Position numbers and translations under genes: made by a program. From positions 34,145,298 through 34,209,297 of the forward strand of contig NC_090382.1 in NCBI RefSeq assembly GCF_036365525.1: a stretch of DNA of 64,000 nucleotides, read 5' to 3'. Source of the stretch: Heterodontus francisci (Eukaryota). Under the pieces are notes generated by a model. It searched no databases. It was not told where the DNA came from and saw nothing but the letters and a program-made list of their open reading frames with translations. This document shows positions 1-12,500 of this stretch, piece by piece. How positions within the stretch are numbered: the first letter of the stretch is position 1; every line of letters begins with the position of its first letter.

Positions 1-140
1 TGGAACTCCCTCCTTAAAAACTTGGTGTACCTACACCACATTTTCTGCAGTGATTCAAGAAGTTGGCTCACCACCACCTTCTCAAGGGAAATTATGGCTG
101 GTCAATAAATGCTGGCCTTGCCAGCAACATCGCATGAACA
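1..140 (+). mobile_element. 3' end of a LINE (family of the 32866-35804 element)
   Basis: caccaccaccttctcaaggg...caataaatgctggccttgccagc tail, shared with 20462-20780 and the 3' end of the - strand copy at 32866. Confidence 0.7.
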
Positions 141-281
141 AATGGAAAAATACAGGTTTGGGTCATATGCTTGCTATCTAAAGAAAGTTGAAAGCTGCTA
201 GTTTGAAAGAAGTAAAATGTCATCTTCATTGCTGACGCTTCTTATTATACAGTATGTAAGTTTTGCCCTTACTTTTTACAG

Positions 282-506
282 GGCTCCAATTTCCATGCCT
301 CTAGAAGGAAGCAACATGGAAACGTGTTCAAGACGCATTTGCTTGGGCGACCAGTGGTGCGTGTCACTGGTGCGGAACACCTGCGTCGGCTGCTGCTCGA
401 AGAGCACAATTTAGTTGGTGCCAACTGGCCACAGAGTGCCCAAGCCATCCTGGGTTCCACCAGCCTGGCAAACTCCACTGGGGACATCCACCGTCACAGA
501 AGAAAG
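282..506 (+). CDS. CYP26: CYP26 coding exon 2 ([24 protein letters not shown]...GDIHRHRRK)
   Basis: tttttacag acceptor ends at 281, AAG/gtac donor at 507; 225 nt open. Confidence 0.95.
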
Positions 507-3500
507 GTACTGATTCGACTAGAAAACTTCAAACCTCTACCTCCAAAAGGATATTAATTGTCAGGTGAAATACACAAACAAAGATTTGATGTTGTGGACA
601 ATAAAGTTTAAATGCTAAATTAATTGAAACATTTACTTCATATCCTTGAGCCAAATGATTTGTAGTTTGACCTTTGACTGTCTCTATGTGAGTGTTTGCA
701 TCTCTTCCAAGCTAAACGAGGTTCATCACAAAGGTATGTTATTCAATGTACTGTCAGTTCCAACACTGCCTAACCAGGACTGCCATTAACTCGGGGTAGG
801 GGCATCATCTGTAGCAACTGGGAATTCTCTTGCTTGAGGCTAGAAAGTAATGACTTCAAACTGTTCCTAAGGGAAGAGTTACTCATTCATGGGTATTTAT
901 ATGCCAAAAAAGACGAAAAAGTGTTTTGTTAAATGCTGTTAGCAAAACTTCGATATAAATTCTATATAATATAATATTTCATCAGCCTCCCCATTGCGCA
1001 TTCAATTATAGTGAAATTCACCACATAACCACTTAGGTTAACAACATCTGAGGAAAAACATTTCTGAACTTTTATTAGCACCATTAAATTCATAATATTT
1101 TGTAGAGACATCCCAGTCACTCCATATGTAAATGCAGCACATAGCGTGATTCTGAGTAATGAGACCATGAAAATGCCTGGCTATTTCTGTGGTCTGTGTT
1201 GGGGCAGCAGAGGGAATGTTACAATTAGCATCAGCACGAATCAGCCACTAAAAGGTGTACACATATGAAGGTCAGGTGAGAATAGAATCAGGCTCCATTG
1301 TGATGCCATTGCTGTTGAATAGGCTGCAGACACTCAATTCCCTGGCCACACAAGTGCCAGGCAATGGCCATCTTCAACAAGAGAGAATTTAACCACTTTC
1401 CCTTGACATTCAACAACATTACTATCATTGAAATATGTCACATCGTCATCTTTAGGGTCTCCATTGACCAGAAACTTAACTGAACTGCTGTCCAGTGATT
1501 GCTATCAGTTCTCAAACCAAACCCCAGCAAGACTGAAGAAAAGGAGGAGGGGAAAATGTTTTGTGATTCTCAACATCTTATATCATAATCATACTTTTAC
1601 CACTCTGGGCTTCATGATTTTTCCAGTAATCTAATGTTGCAGCTGAGAATCAAAACAGAATCAAGAGAGGAAAATAATGATCCAAGATGCCTGTAAATGA
1701 GAAAAGTAACTGATATAAAATATTTAGAATACATTTTTCTCCTCACCTGAATTTTTCTCTTTAATTTTCTGCCTGTCCATTTTGATTTTCCCATTTTCTG
1801 TCACATTTATTTTCATTGTGTTGTTTTTAAGTAGTTTCGTTTTCAAAAATTAACTGCCTTTCACGCAAAAGCAAAATACTGCGGATGCTGGAAATCTGAA
1901 ATAAAAACAGAAAAGGCTGGAAATACTCACCAAGCCTGGAGCGTCTGTGAAGAAAGAGAGTGAACAAAAGGTGATCGACCTGATATGTTGACTCTGTTTC
2001 TCTTTCCATTGATGCTTTTTAAGCTTTCCTGTCAAGCTGATCTCTGAGAGATGAATATGCATTTTTTTTTTAAATGAGTGTATGAAAGCAGAAATAGAAT
2101 CTTGCAGCTAGCACTGAAAGAATTTGCCTGTCCTCATCCTCTCTATAACAGCAAGGCTATATATTGTCCTACAATGATCACCTCATGAAGAATTAAAATA
2201 TGGTGCATTGTGTATGCTGGTAAATAGCTTTACTGCCATGTCTGAATAAAAATGGGGGTTGCACCAGCACATATTAGAGAATCACCTTGTCCAAGGTGAA
2301 AGACTCCTGTTTATCAATAGGGTTAATGTATATGGATCCATTTTAAAGTATATTTTGCAGTGTTTGAGAATGGTGTTTTCACCATGAAAATTGTACACTC
2401 ATTTTTCTTTTCCTATCAAACAGCTGATGTTCATAGAAATATTTATTCACATGGAGGAAAAAATTCAGACAATGGATAAATAATTACTAATGTGAAAAAT
2501 ATCTACTTCTGTGATATTTATTGTTTCACAATCTGATCTATAAGGCACACCTTCCCATCTCCTTGAACTTTATACACTGGTGCAACTTTATAGTGTTTAT
2601 ATGGTACTGGCAACTGTAGAATAAGGGGCAACGTATGTTTCAGATTTTATAGTAAATGCTAGACTCCAGTCTGCTGAGTGTTCCTTAATCCAAACCGTAT
2701 CCCTTCAACATCATTTTGATTTGTTGACAGGTCTACGCAAGAATTTTCAGCCATTCTGCTTTAGAGAGTTACCTGCCACGAATCAAGCAGGTGGTGGCAG
2801 AGACAGTGAGGGACTGGTGTGCCAGGGAATGCCCTGTCACCGTATACCCAGAGAGCAAGAAGCTCATGTTCCGCATAGCGGTGGCAGTACTGCTGGGATC
2901 CTCGCCAAGCGACAAGGAGCTCACCGACCTGTTCACCATCTTTGAGCAACTTACCAAAAACATTTTCTCGCTGCCCCTGGATGTCCCAGGCAGTGGCTAC
3001 AGAAAGGTATGCTTAATTCTTGCCATCCACCACATTCTCCTGTGATTCGGGCAATGTTGCTGAAGGGCCTCTTCGATAGTGATGCAACTTCAGAAGGTTC
3101 TTACTGTAATGTCAACTGTAAAATAGTTCTGTGCCAAGATAATACAAGGCATTTGAGCACAGCTTCAGGAGCATGTTGTTCTCCAATTATCCAGTGAGCC
3201 TTCCCTTCCTTTCTCCTTGTAGGGAAATGCTAGACCTACTTGGCACCTCTCCTGATGATGTGACTGAGAACTGGAAGTCACTATATGCGTTCTACCCCTT
3301 CAATGTGCAGTCTGGTGGAACCATAACACACAGCATCTCTTGCACATCTTGATTGCCACTGCTCCACCTTTGGCAGCCATACCTTCAAATACCTAGCCTC
3401 CAAACTCTGAAATTCTCTGCTAAAGTTCTCTGCCTCTCTATTTCTCTCTCTTTCTTTAAGACACTCCTTGAAATCTACCTCTTTGGCCAAGCTTTTGGTC

Positions 3501-6500
3501 ACCTGTCCTTATATCTCCTTATGTGACTCAGGGTCAAATGTTGTTTGATAACGCTCTTCAGAAGTGCCTTGGAATGTTTTACTACATTAAAGGCGCTATA
3601 TAAATAAAAGTTGTTGTGCTGTCCTTGCACTTGCTGCTGTTCCACCCCCATTTTAATGCAAAAGAAATCCTCCTCCCTGTGGTTGAATTCAGTATGTACA
3701 ACATATGTTATTAAGATATTATAGGAAGATCACAAAATACATACTGATGAGAAAGGGCATTTAGCCTGTCTCAGATTGGTAGGTGCAATTTGGGTACCAG
3801 CCAAGCGGAACACTGCTTAGTTCCTACCTGTCTGGATCTTAAACTGTTTAGGAGAGAGCATGTTTGGATAGATGCATGTATGGAGCTATCTCCCAAAATG
3901 TGAAGAGAATTCACACTCTGTAAACATTTAATGGACAGTCAGATAGGTTTACTTAAAATGTCCAGATGTCCCACCAAACTTTGTAAACCAGGTTTGAGAC
4001 TAGACTGGATTTATACTCCATGTAGTGACAAAGCAAAGGAGTGTGAGTCTGTCCCCTCATTGGACGCTCACTGCGAAATCCCAGTTTTCCGAGGCAAAAT
4101 AGGGAATTCCAACCTCTGGACGGACTGGAAAATTTTAATGTGGCAGTAATGCATTATGTAAGTGCGCAAGCACTTACTTTATCACTGCAATATCAACCCT
4201 GTATTATAAAATTAAATATATAATACCCAATCTCTGTAACAGTCTCCCCCCCACTTCAGTCCTGCAACCCTCCAGGATAGCTGCACTCCTCCAATTCTGG
4301 CATTTTGCACAGCCCCAATTTTCATCGCTCCACCACTAACATAATGTACCGCGCTCTATCTATTGTACAGCATTTTTCTTTAAAAACAATGTTTCAAGTA
4401 CCTCATTCCTTGTTTTCTACTGTCTCCAGGTCCCACTGTTCATTTTGGAGGTGGGACACATATCGCAAAAACTGACTCTTGAGCAGTGGTTCTCATAGTG
4501 TGGTCCACAGACCACTGGTGGTCCACAAGGATCCTCCAGGTGGTCCCGGGCTAGTCCAAAATGCAAGTCAGTGATGCACAACTCTACGGCCAAGGCCAAG
4601 GCCATGTACAAGAGAACAAGAAAGAACCCTCAGTCCCATCACCTCATGTGATGTTAAACAACCAGACCGGCTCCCCTGTGTGCGGCATGAGTTGTCATAA
4701 GTGCGAGCAACAACAATAGTCTTGTAAGCATAATTTATGTTACTGTTGATTTTGTTTGATTAATATAGATGTAAGATAAGTATTAGTTTCTCAGAAGATT
4801 ATAGGATGTTTCAAATAAACCTGTTCTCTTGTAGTATTAATGTTTACAATATTAAAATATCTATACTTATGTTTCTGGCATGAATTAATAATTTACTTAC
4901 ACTTCATAAAAATATAATGCACATTAATTTATTATATATATTAACGAAAAGCAGAAAAATATTTATAGTTTCCATAAGTTCCATTAATTCAGATGAGCTT
5001 TTTTGTGGTGGAAAGTAAAAGCGGGTGGGGTAGGACTGGTAGGTGGTCCATGGGGCCTTTTGCCCCACCTAAGTGGTCCGCAAATGAAAACGTTTAAGAA
5101 CTACTGCTTTAGGGGTCACTTTTGCAGTCACATGAGGCTACGGCAAATAATTGGACTATGTAGCGCCCCTAAGGAAATCCGAAACTCAAAAATGTCGCCC
5201 GAGTCATTTCTGACCACTTCCGACATGAGCCACGCAGTGCCCCCTGACTGATAGGACATTAACATAGGCATTCCATGTGTGCACCAGAAGCATGCAGATT
5301 GAGTGAATTGTAACGTCAAAAAATCTCTAAAGCTGACTTGGCGCATGATTACCATCTTGGATTATGCAGTTCCTGTTAACGCCCTCTCTTATTCAATCCC
5401 GTGAGAGGGCGGCACAGTGGCGCAGTGGTTAGCACCGCAGCCTCACAGCTCCAGCGACCCGGGTTCAATTCTGGGTACTGCCTGTGTGGAGTTTGCAAGT
5501 TCTCCCTGTGTCTGCATGGGTTTTCGCCGTGGGTACTCCGGTTTCCTCCCACCACCAAAGACTTGCAGGGAGTTATGCGTGGAGTCAGAGAAAATGGGTG
5601 AGATTCTAAACGAGTACTTTGCATCGGTATTCACCGAGGAGAGGGACATGACGGATGTTGAGGTTAGGGACAGATGTTTGATTACTCTAGGTCAAGTCGG
5701 CATAAGGAGGGAGGAAGTGTTGGGTATTCTAAAAGGCATTAAGGTGGACAAGTCCCCAGGTCCGGATGGGATCTATCCCAGGTTACTGAGGGAAGCGAGA
5801 GAGGAAATAGTTGGGGCCTTAACAGATATCTTTGCAACATCCTTAAACACAGGTGAGGTCCCAGAGGACTGGAGAATTGCTAATGTTGACCCCTTGTTTA
5901 AGAAGGGTAGCAGGGATAATCCAGGTAATTATAGACCGGTGAGCCTGACGTCAGTGGTAGGGAAGCTGCTGGAGAAGATACTGAGGGATAGGATCTATTC
6001 CCATCTGGAAGAAAATGGGCTTATCAGTGATAGGCAACATGGTTTTGGGCAGGGAAGGTCATGTCTTACCAACTTAATAGAATTCTTTGAGGAAGTGACA
6101 AAGTTGATTGATGAGGGAAGGGCTGTAGATGTCGTATACATGGACTTCAGTAAGGCGTTTGATAAGGTTCCCCATGGTAGCTTGATGGAGAAAGTGAAGG
6201 CGCATGGGGTCCAAGGTGTACTAGCTAGATGGATAAAGAACTGGCTGGGCAACAGGAGACAGAGAGTAGCAGTGGAAGGGAGTTTCTCAAAATGGAGACG
6301 TGTGACCAGTGGTGTTCCACAGGGATCCGTGCTGGGTCCACTGTTGTTTGTGATATACATAAATGATTTGGAGGAAAGTATAGGTGGTCTGATTAGCAAG
6401 TTTGCAGACGACACTAAGATTGGTGGAGTAGCAGATAGTGAAGGGGACTGTCAGAGAATACAGCAGAATATAGATAGACTGGAGAGTTGGGCAGAGAAAT

Positions 6501-9500
6501 GGCAGATGGAGTTCAATCAGGGCAAATGCGAGGTGATGCATTTTGGAAGATCCAATTCAAGAATGAACTATACAGTAAATGGAAAAGTCCTGGGGAAAAT
6601 TGATGTGCAGAGAGATTTGGGTGTTCAGGTCCATTGTTCCCTGAAGGTGGCAACGCAGGTCAATAGAGTGGTCAAGAAGGCATACGGCATGCTTTCCTTC
6701 ATCGGACGGGGTATTGAGTACAAAAGTTGGCAGGTCATGTTACAGTTGTATAGGACTTTGGTTCGGCCACATTTGGAATACTGCGTGCAGTTCTGGTCGC
6801 CACATTACCAAAAGGATGTGGATGCTTTGGAGAGGGTGCAGAGGAGGTTTACCAGGATGTTGCCTGGTATGAAGGGCGCTAGCTATGAAGAGAGGTTGAG
6901 TAGATTAGGATTATTTTCATTAGAAAGACGGAGGTTGAGGGGGGACCTGATTGAGGTGTACAAAATCATGAGAGGTATAGACAGGGTGGATAGCAAGAAG
7001 CTTTTTCCCAGAGTGGGGGTTTCAATTACAAGGGGACATGAGTTCAAAGTGAGAGGGGAAATGTTTAGGGGGGATATGCGTGGAAAGTTCTTTACGGAGA
7101 GGGTGGTGGGTGCATGGAACGCATTGCCAGCGGAGGTGGTAGACGCGGGCACGATAGCGTCTTTTAAGATGTATCTAGACAGATACATGAATGGGCAGGA
7201 AGTAAAGAGATACAGACCCTTAGATAATAGGTGACAGGTTTAGATAGAGGATTTGGATCGGCGTAGGCTTGGAGGGCCGAAGGGCCTGTTCCTGTGCTGT
7301 AATTTTCTTTGTTCTTTGTCTTTGTTCTTTGTTGCTAGGTAAATTTGCCATTATAAATTGCCCCTAGTATAGGTAGGTGGTAGGGGAATATAGGGACAGG
7401 TGGGGATGTGGTAGGAATATGGGATTAGTGTAGGATTAGTATAAATGGGTGGTTGATGGTCGGCATAGACTCGGTGGGCCGAAGGGCCTGTTTCAGTGCT
7501 GTATCTCTAAATAAAAAAAATAAGACACCCCCCCCCGCCCCACCTCCACATTCGTGCTGTTTAAGGGTTTGACCATCGAACTTTCAGGCGAGGTGCTTTT
7601 GTCTTAATTTTGCTGGTGCAGAGTTCGTGGAAGTACTGTGTTCTGTGTTATTGGAGTTTTGCTAACTTTTTGGATTTACAAGGGAGTGGCATTGGATTTT
7701 GACAAGGAAGCCAGTGGAGTTGAAAGGCCTGTCAGGAAAAAGCTTGCTTCAGTAATGGAGGCTATAGTTGCAGTCCTTCTTGGACTGTAGCATGACTTGG
7801 AGATGGAGCAGAGGCAGCAGAGAGGGGAAGCTGTGCACTGGGAGTGGAGGAAGAGGGATCTCAAAAGAAGGCTTCCCAAGGGTAGGAAGCATTTCTCCTA
7901 CCTCCACCTCAGCCAGGAGCAGTGACTGAGATTCCTATATTTCACCAAGTAGGTGGTCACTGAATTGTGCCATCTCCTACAACCCTACCTGTATCCGCAC
8001 AGCAGGGCAAGGATGACAATTAGAGTGGCCGTCGAGATCTACGCCAGCGGGATTCTTCCAGGAGGGAGTAGATGATGTTAGTAACATCTTGCAGTTCGTT
8101 GCTCATTGCTACATTGGGGAGGTGACAGAGGCCCTGTACAGAAGAAGAGGGACTTCATTGTTGCCAAATATTTGGGTTCTGTATGCTTGCCGCTGTATTG
8201 AGTCTACCAGAGAGGGCCTTAGACTGTAGAATTTAAACATTAATATTTATTTCATAACACCTATATACACTGCACCTTCGCCGATGTGTCTCTGTCCTCG
8301 AGTCTCTCCCACATGATCTCTTAGCTCATCATGGTGAGCAGTCATCTTCACAGTCTCTCAAGACTTACCCTTTCATACCCTTATACTACGTCTAACCCCA
8401 AGTCTTTATCCCAATGTATATTTACATACATTCACTTTTTTATTTACATACTACCCCATTTCCCCCAAGTCTTTGCCTTCATAGATTCAACCTATCAAGG
8501 AGGCTTCACAACTCTCCCTGATCTTGTTGTCGTCAGATGTGGAAGATTGGTAGTCTTTTTCTGAACTCTTGTGTCTTTACTTGGATGGCCTTCATTGAGG
8601 TTTGTAATATTTGGTGCTTTTTGAATATTCAGTTTATCATCTAAGTCGTCTAAATGAATGACTGATTGACATATTTGCTGCAAAGAAATGATTCCTTCTA
8701 TTTCTCTGTATAGAACCTCTTGAGTTCGTAGTTTATAAGATCGCTGTTGATTCTCATCTTTCTGGAAAATTACCCCCTTCTCTATTTGGGTCTCATATCC
8801 ATATCTTTTGCCCTTCTGATGACATTGGTAGGTTTCTTGTACAGTATCTTCTGTTATAATTATGGGTCTGTTTGTTTCGATATGACTTTTCTTTGTCTTG
8901 TACTTTCTGGTAATTCTTGCTTTGTAATCCTGGAGGTAATTTCTTGGGTAGTTGCATTCGAAGTTTTCTTCCCATTAAGAGTTCTGATGGCTCTAATCCG
9001 CATAATAATTGCGTAGTGTAGTAGGTCAGTAGTGCTAATTGGAAAACTTGATTTTTCTTCCACATAGCTTTAATGGTTCTGACTGCTTGCTCAGCTTCTC
9101 AATTTGATTGTGGATACTTAGGAGAACTTGCTAAATGAACAAATCCACATTGTTCCGCAAAATGCATGAAATAATCCTTTGCAAATTGTGGTCCGTTATC
9201 GGATACTATCCGGTCAGGTATACCATGTGTTGTGAAAACATCTTGCAAAACTCTGATGACTACTTCAGTTGTTGTTGTGTACATCCATTTAACTTCGATA
9301 CATCTTGTGAAGTAATCAGCTATGATTAGATAGGATCTCCCCTCAAAGAACAATAATGCAATCGCCAACTGTTCTCATGGTCTAGTTGGGAACTGGGTTG
9401 AAATGAGAGCTTCTTTTTGATCTTGTCTGTGTACCTGACAAATTTGTTGTCTTTGCTTCTTCCCAAATTCTGTTTGTGTAGCACTTGCTGTGTTTCTCTT

Positions 9501-12500
9501 TCTCGCGCTGGTAGTCTTTGAGCAGCATGGCGAGCTGCACTGTGTTTTGTGGGTTCTCTCTCCATTGGATGGGCTCTCTGACAGAGTCCAGACTCCCTGC
9601 AGTGCTCAGATTGGGGTGGGAGGCTCTCCTTCTGTCCTGGCTCCTGGATTCCTCTTGTTTAACTTTTTTAACTTTCTCTCTAAGGTGACGGTCAAACAAG
9701 CTCTTCTGCTTCAGAGGGAGAATTCCTGATTTCTTAGGACAATATCTGCTTTCCCTTATACTGAAGTGTTGCCTGTAACTTCCCCTTCACTTCAAGTACA
9801 ACCCTTCCTGGGCCAAGTAACTGAGTTTCCATTGGTTGTAGAAATTGTGTGGAAAGTCAGGGCTCTTTGTCTGATAAGACTGTATCATGAAAACCCTATC
9901 TGCCAAATGGGAAATATTAATTTCATCGGTTGGAACATTGCATTAGATTTTTACTGGAACTTCTTCCAAGTAGCTTTTTAAAAAAAAGTAGATTGGCAGC
10001 CAAGATGGCCACTGCAATTTACATTTGAAACACCAAAAGATCAGACTGAAGATGACAAGTCTGAGTCAACCTAGTTCGATCAATAGGGTGCTCTTGGTTA
10101 TTAAATTACCTGGAATGGCCTTATCAGCACGGTCGTCAGGAACCTTCTACACCCATTGACTTTAAAAGAGCCAACTCCCCACCCCCGCTCCAAGTGCTAC
10201 TGGAAAGCTTGAGGTGTAGCTCAGTGAATCTCAGAGAAGATTCCAGAAAGACCTCATTAAAACAACTAAGGGCTGTTGTTACAATTGCTCCGGTATCGAG
10301 TTTGAAATTAGTGATATGTCCGTTGACATATATGTCTGCTGACTAAAATGCTTGATTCGGATCATTGATCCTGCCCAGAAAATATTTCAATTGGTCTGCT
10401 ACAGGAGGTTGTTTAACTTCATTTACCTCTGTATTCTTAACGACTCCTACTTTTCATTTAGAGCTTGAGGTAATTGAGATTTTATTTTGGCACATCTTGC
10501 TGAAATGCCCTATTTTTCTGCAATAAAAGCATTCTGCTCTATTGGCAGGACATTGTTGACACCGATGGGAACTTTTGGCGCAACATTCCTGTTAGGGTTT
10601 AAATGTGTCTTTCGCTTCCCTGTCACCTCCCCCCACCGCACCACCCCCCAACCCAACCCCCCCGCTCCCCCACCCCCTAGGGCATCTTTTTTCCTGATGC
10701 CTCTTTTTCATCCCTCTGGTGAAGGATCTGAACAGTTGCAGGAGCTGTCCTGATCCAAGGTCTTTCTTCACCCCGCAGGATTGGTCTGTGCAGACTGAAG
10801 TAGGAATCACAAGCTTTTAACCCTGTCAAATTTGGCTAATGTTTCCTTGATACCTTGTCTTGCTATTATATCATCAAACATAGCACCAATTAAATATAAT
10901 AATGTATTCACTTGCTCTGCTTCCAACCTGCTGTCCAATTTCAATGCAATTCTATATCTGAGAAATGTTTCCTCCATAGTACCCAGTTTTGAGTCTGATT
11001 GGGTCCCCCTCTTTAAAACTCTGCAGTATTCCCAATTCATTATCCATGTTTTTTTAATTTCACTGACTTTTTTTAGTGTTCCCCTTTAAGGAACTCTTTT
11101 TCAGGCTAGCTTCCTTTAATGGAGTATAGCAGGTGCTTTCAAGTGTCCCTTGCTTTTTTTAAGTTATTCTAGGTGTTTTCCCTTTGCTTAAGCACTCTCA
11201 CTATATTTGTTTGCACAGTTGCCTAATGGAATTGACATAGCTATTTGATAGACAGTTCAAGGGTTTTCCCCTTTTTTTGAGCTGCAGCTTATTTTTTATT
11301 TCAAGTTTGGCTGACTTAATGTGCAGGTTATTTATTTTTCTTCTTCATGCTTGGCTACAATAATGGAGTCTCCCTGCTGTGTTCGGAGGTTTCTCACATT
11401 TTTTTGCAGTTCGTATGCTCGTAGGGAGTTTCCTGCTCTTTGCCCTCATATTCAGTCCGAGTGAGACATTCAGTTTTCCCCGTTTTTTTTTCACTGTTGC
11501 CTTTAGGAAATTAATTTAAAACTCTTCAAAGGATTTTTTTTCTCGGGATTCCTCGACCATCAGCACAATGACTCACCCGATCAATTGATTTGCAGGCAGC
11601 CACACTTTCGCTCTATGGAGCTTCTCTCAGCCTTCTAAGGTCTGTAGTCTATTTTTCAGCTAGTTATTTTAAATTCTCTCTTCTGGTTGGAGGATGCTAG
11701 TTACTTCAAACTTTTTCTTTGGGGTGTATGCTCCCACGGCTGATCACCATGTTATATGTTTGGGTTCTGTATGCTTGCCACTGTATTGAGTCTACCAGAG
11801 AGGTTCTTAGGCTGTAGAATTTAAACATTCATATTTATTTCATAACACCTATATACACTGCACACTAGCCTGTGTGTCTCCTTCAAAAGCCGTGCTGTAA
11901 CTGTCCTCGAGTGTTTCCCACATGATCTCTTACATTGTCATGGTGGGCGGTAATCTTTACAGTGTCTCAAGATTAACCCTTTGACACCCTTATACTACAA
12001 TTGTCTTGTCTCTGATCAGAGGAAAGCAGGAGGTGAGAGTGCATGGATGTGCCAGGCTAGCGGCATTCCTAATGGTGCAGGGTGCAATCGACTGCACACA
12101 CATTGCTCTGCTGGCTCTTCATGCGAACAGGGGGATGTTTGTAACTGCAAGAGGTACCGCTCCATTAATGTCCAGTTGGTGTGTGACCAGACGATCCTCT
12201 CAGTGAATGCCTGCTGTCCTAGCAGCAGTCACAACACGTTCATCATGTGGCAGTCACCAGTACCTGCCTTCTTTGAGCCACCATGAAGAACCAGAGGCCG
12301 GCTGCTGGGTGACAAGGGATACCTACTATACACCTGGGTAATGACTCTCCTCCGCTAGCCAACCAGGAATGAACAGCACACCTATAATGAGAACTATGCA
12401 CCAATCAGGAATGTTGTGGGCAAACCATCAGTGTCTGGACGCAACAACTCTACTGCCTGGAGCACTCGGCAGGGGTGGGGGGTGTGTGGGGGGACACCCT

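Noticed and set aside
660-740. Retinoic-acid or nuclear-receptor response elements (TGACCT-T-TGACTG; GGTTCA-5nt-AAGGTA) in CYP26 intron 2
   Set aside because: The second half-sites are degenerate; such matches are expected by chance without conservation data.
5417-7234. 605-aa ORF as a host or domesticated gene
   Set aside because: It is a SINE half fused to a young CR1 nearly identical to 45175-46927, with a GTG start and no sign of independent constraint.
8747-9016. Hydrophobic 89-aa ORF resembling a membrane protein
   Set aside because: Antisense shadow of the A-rich Gypsy integrase tail.
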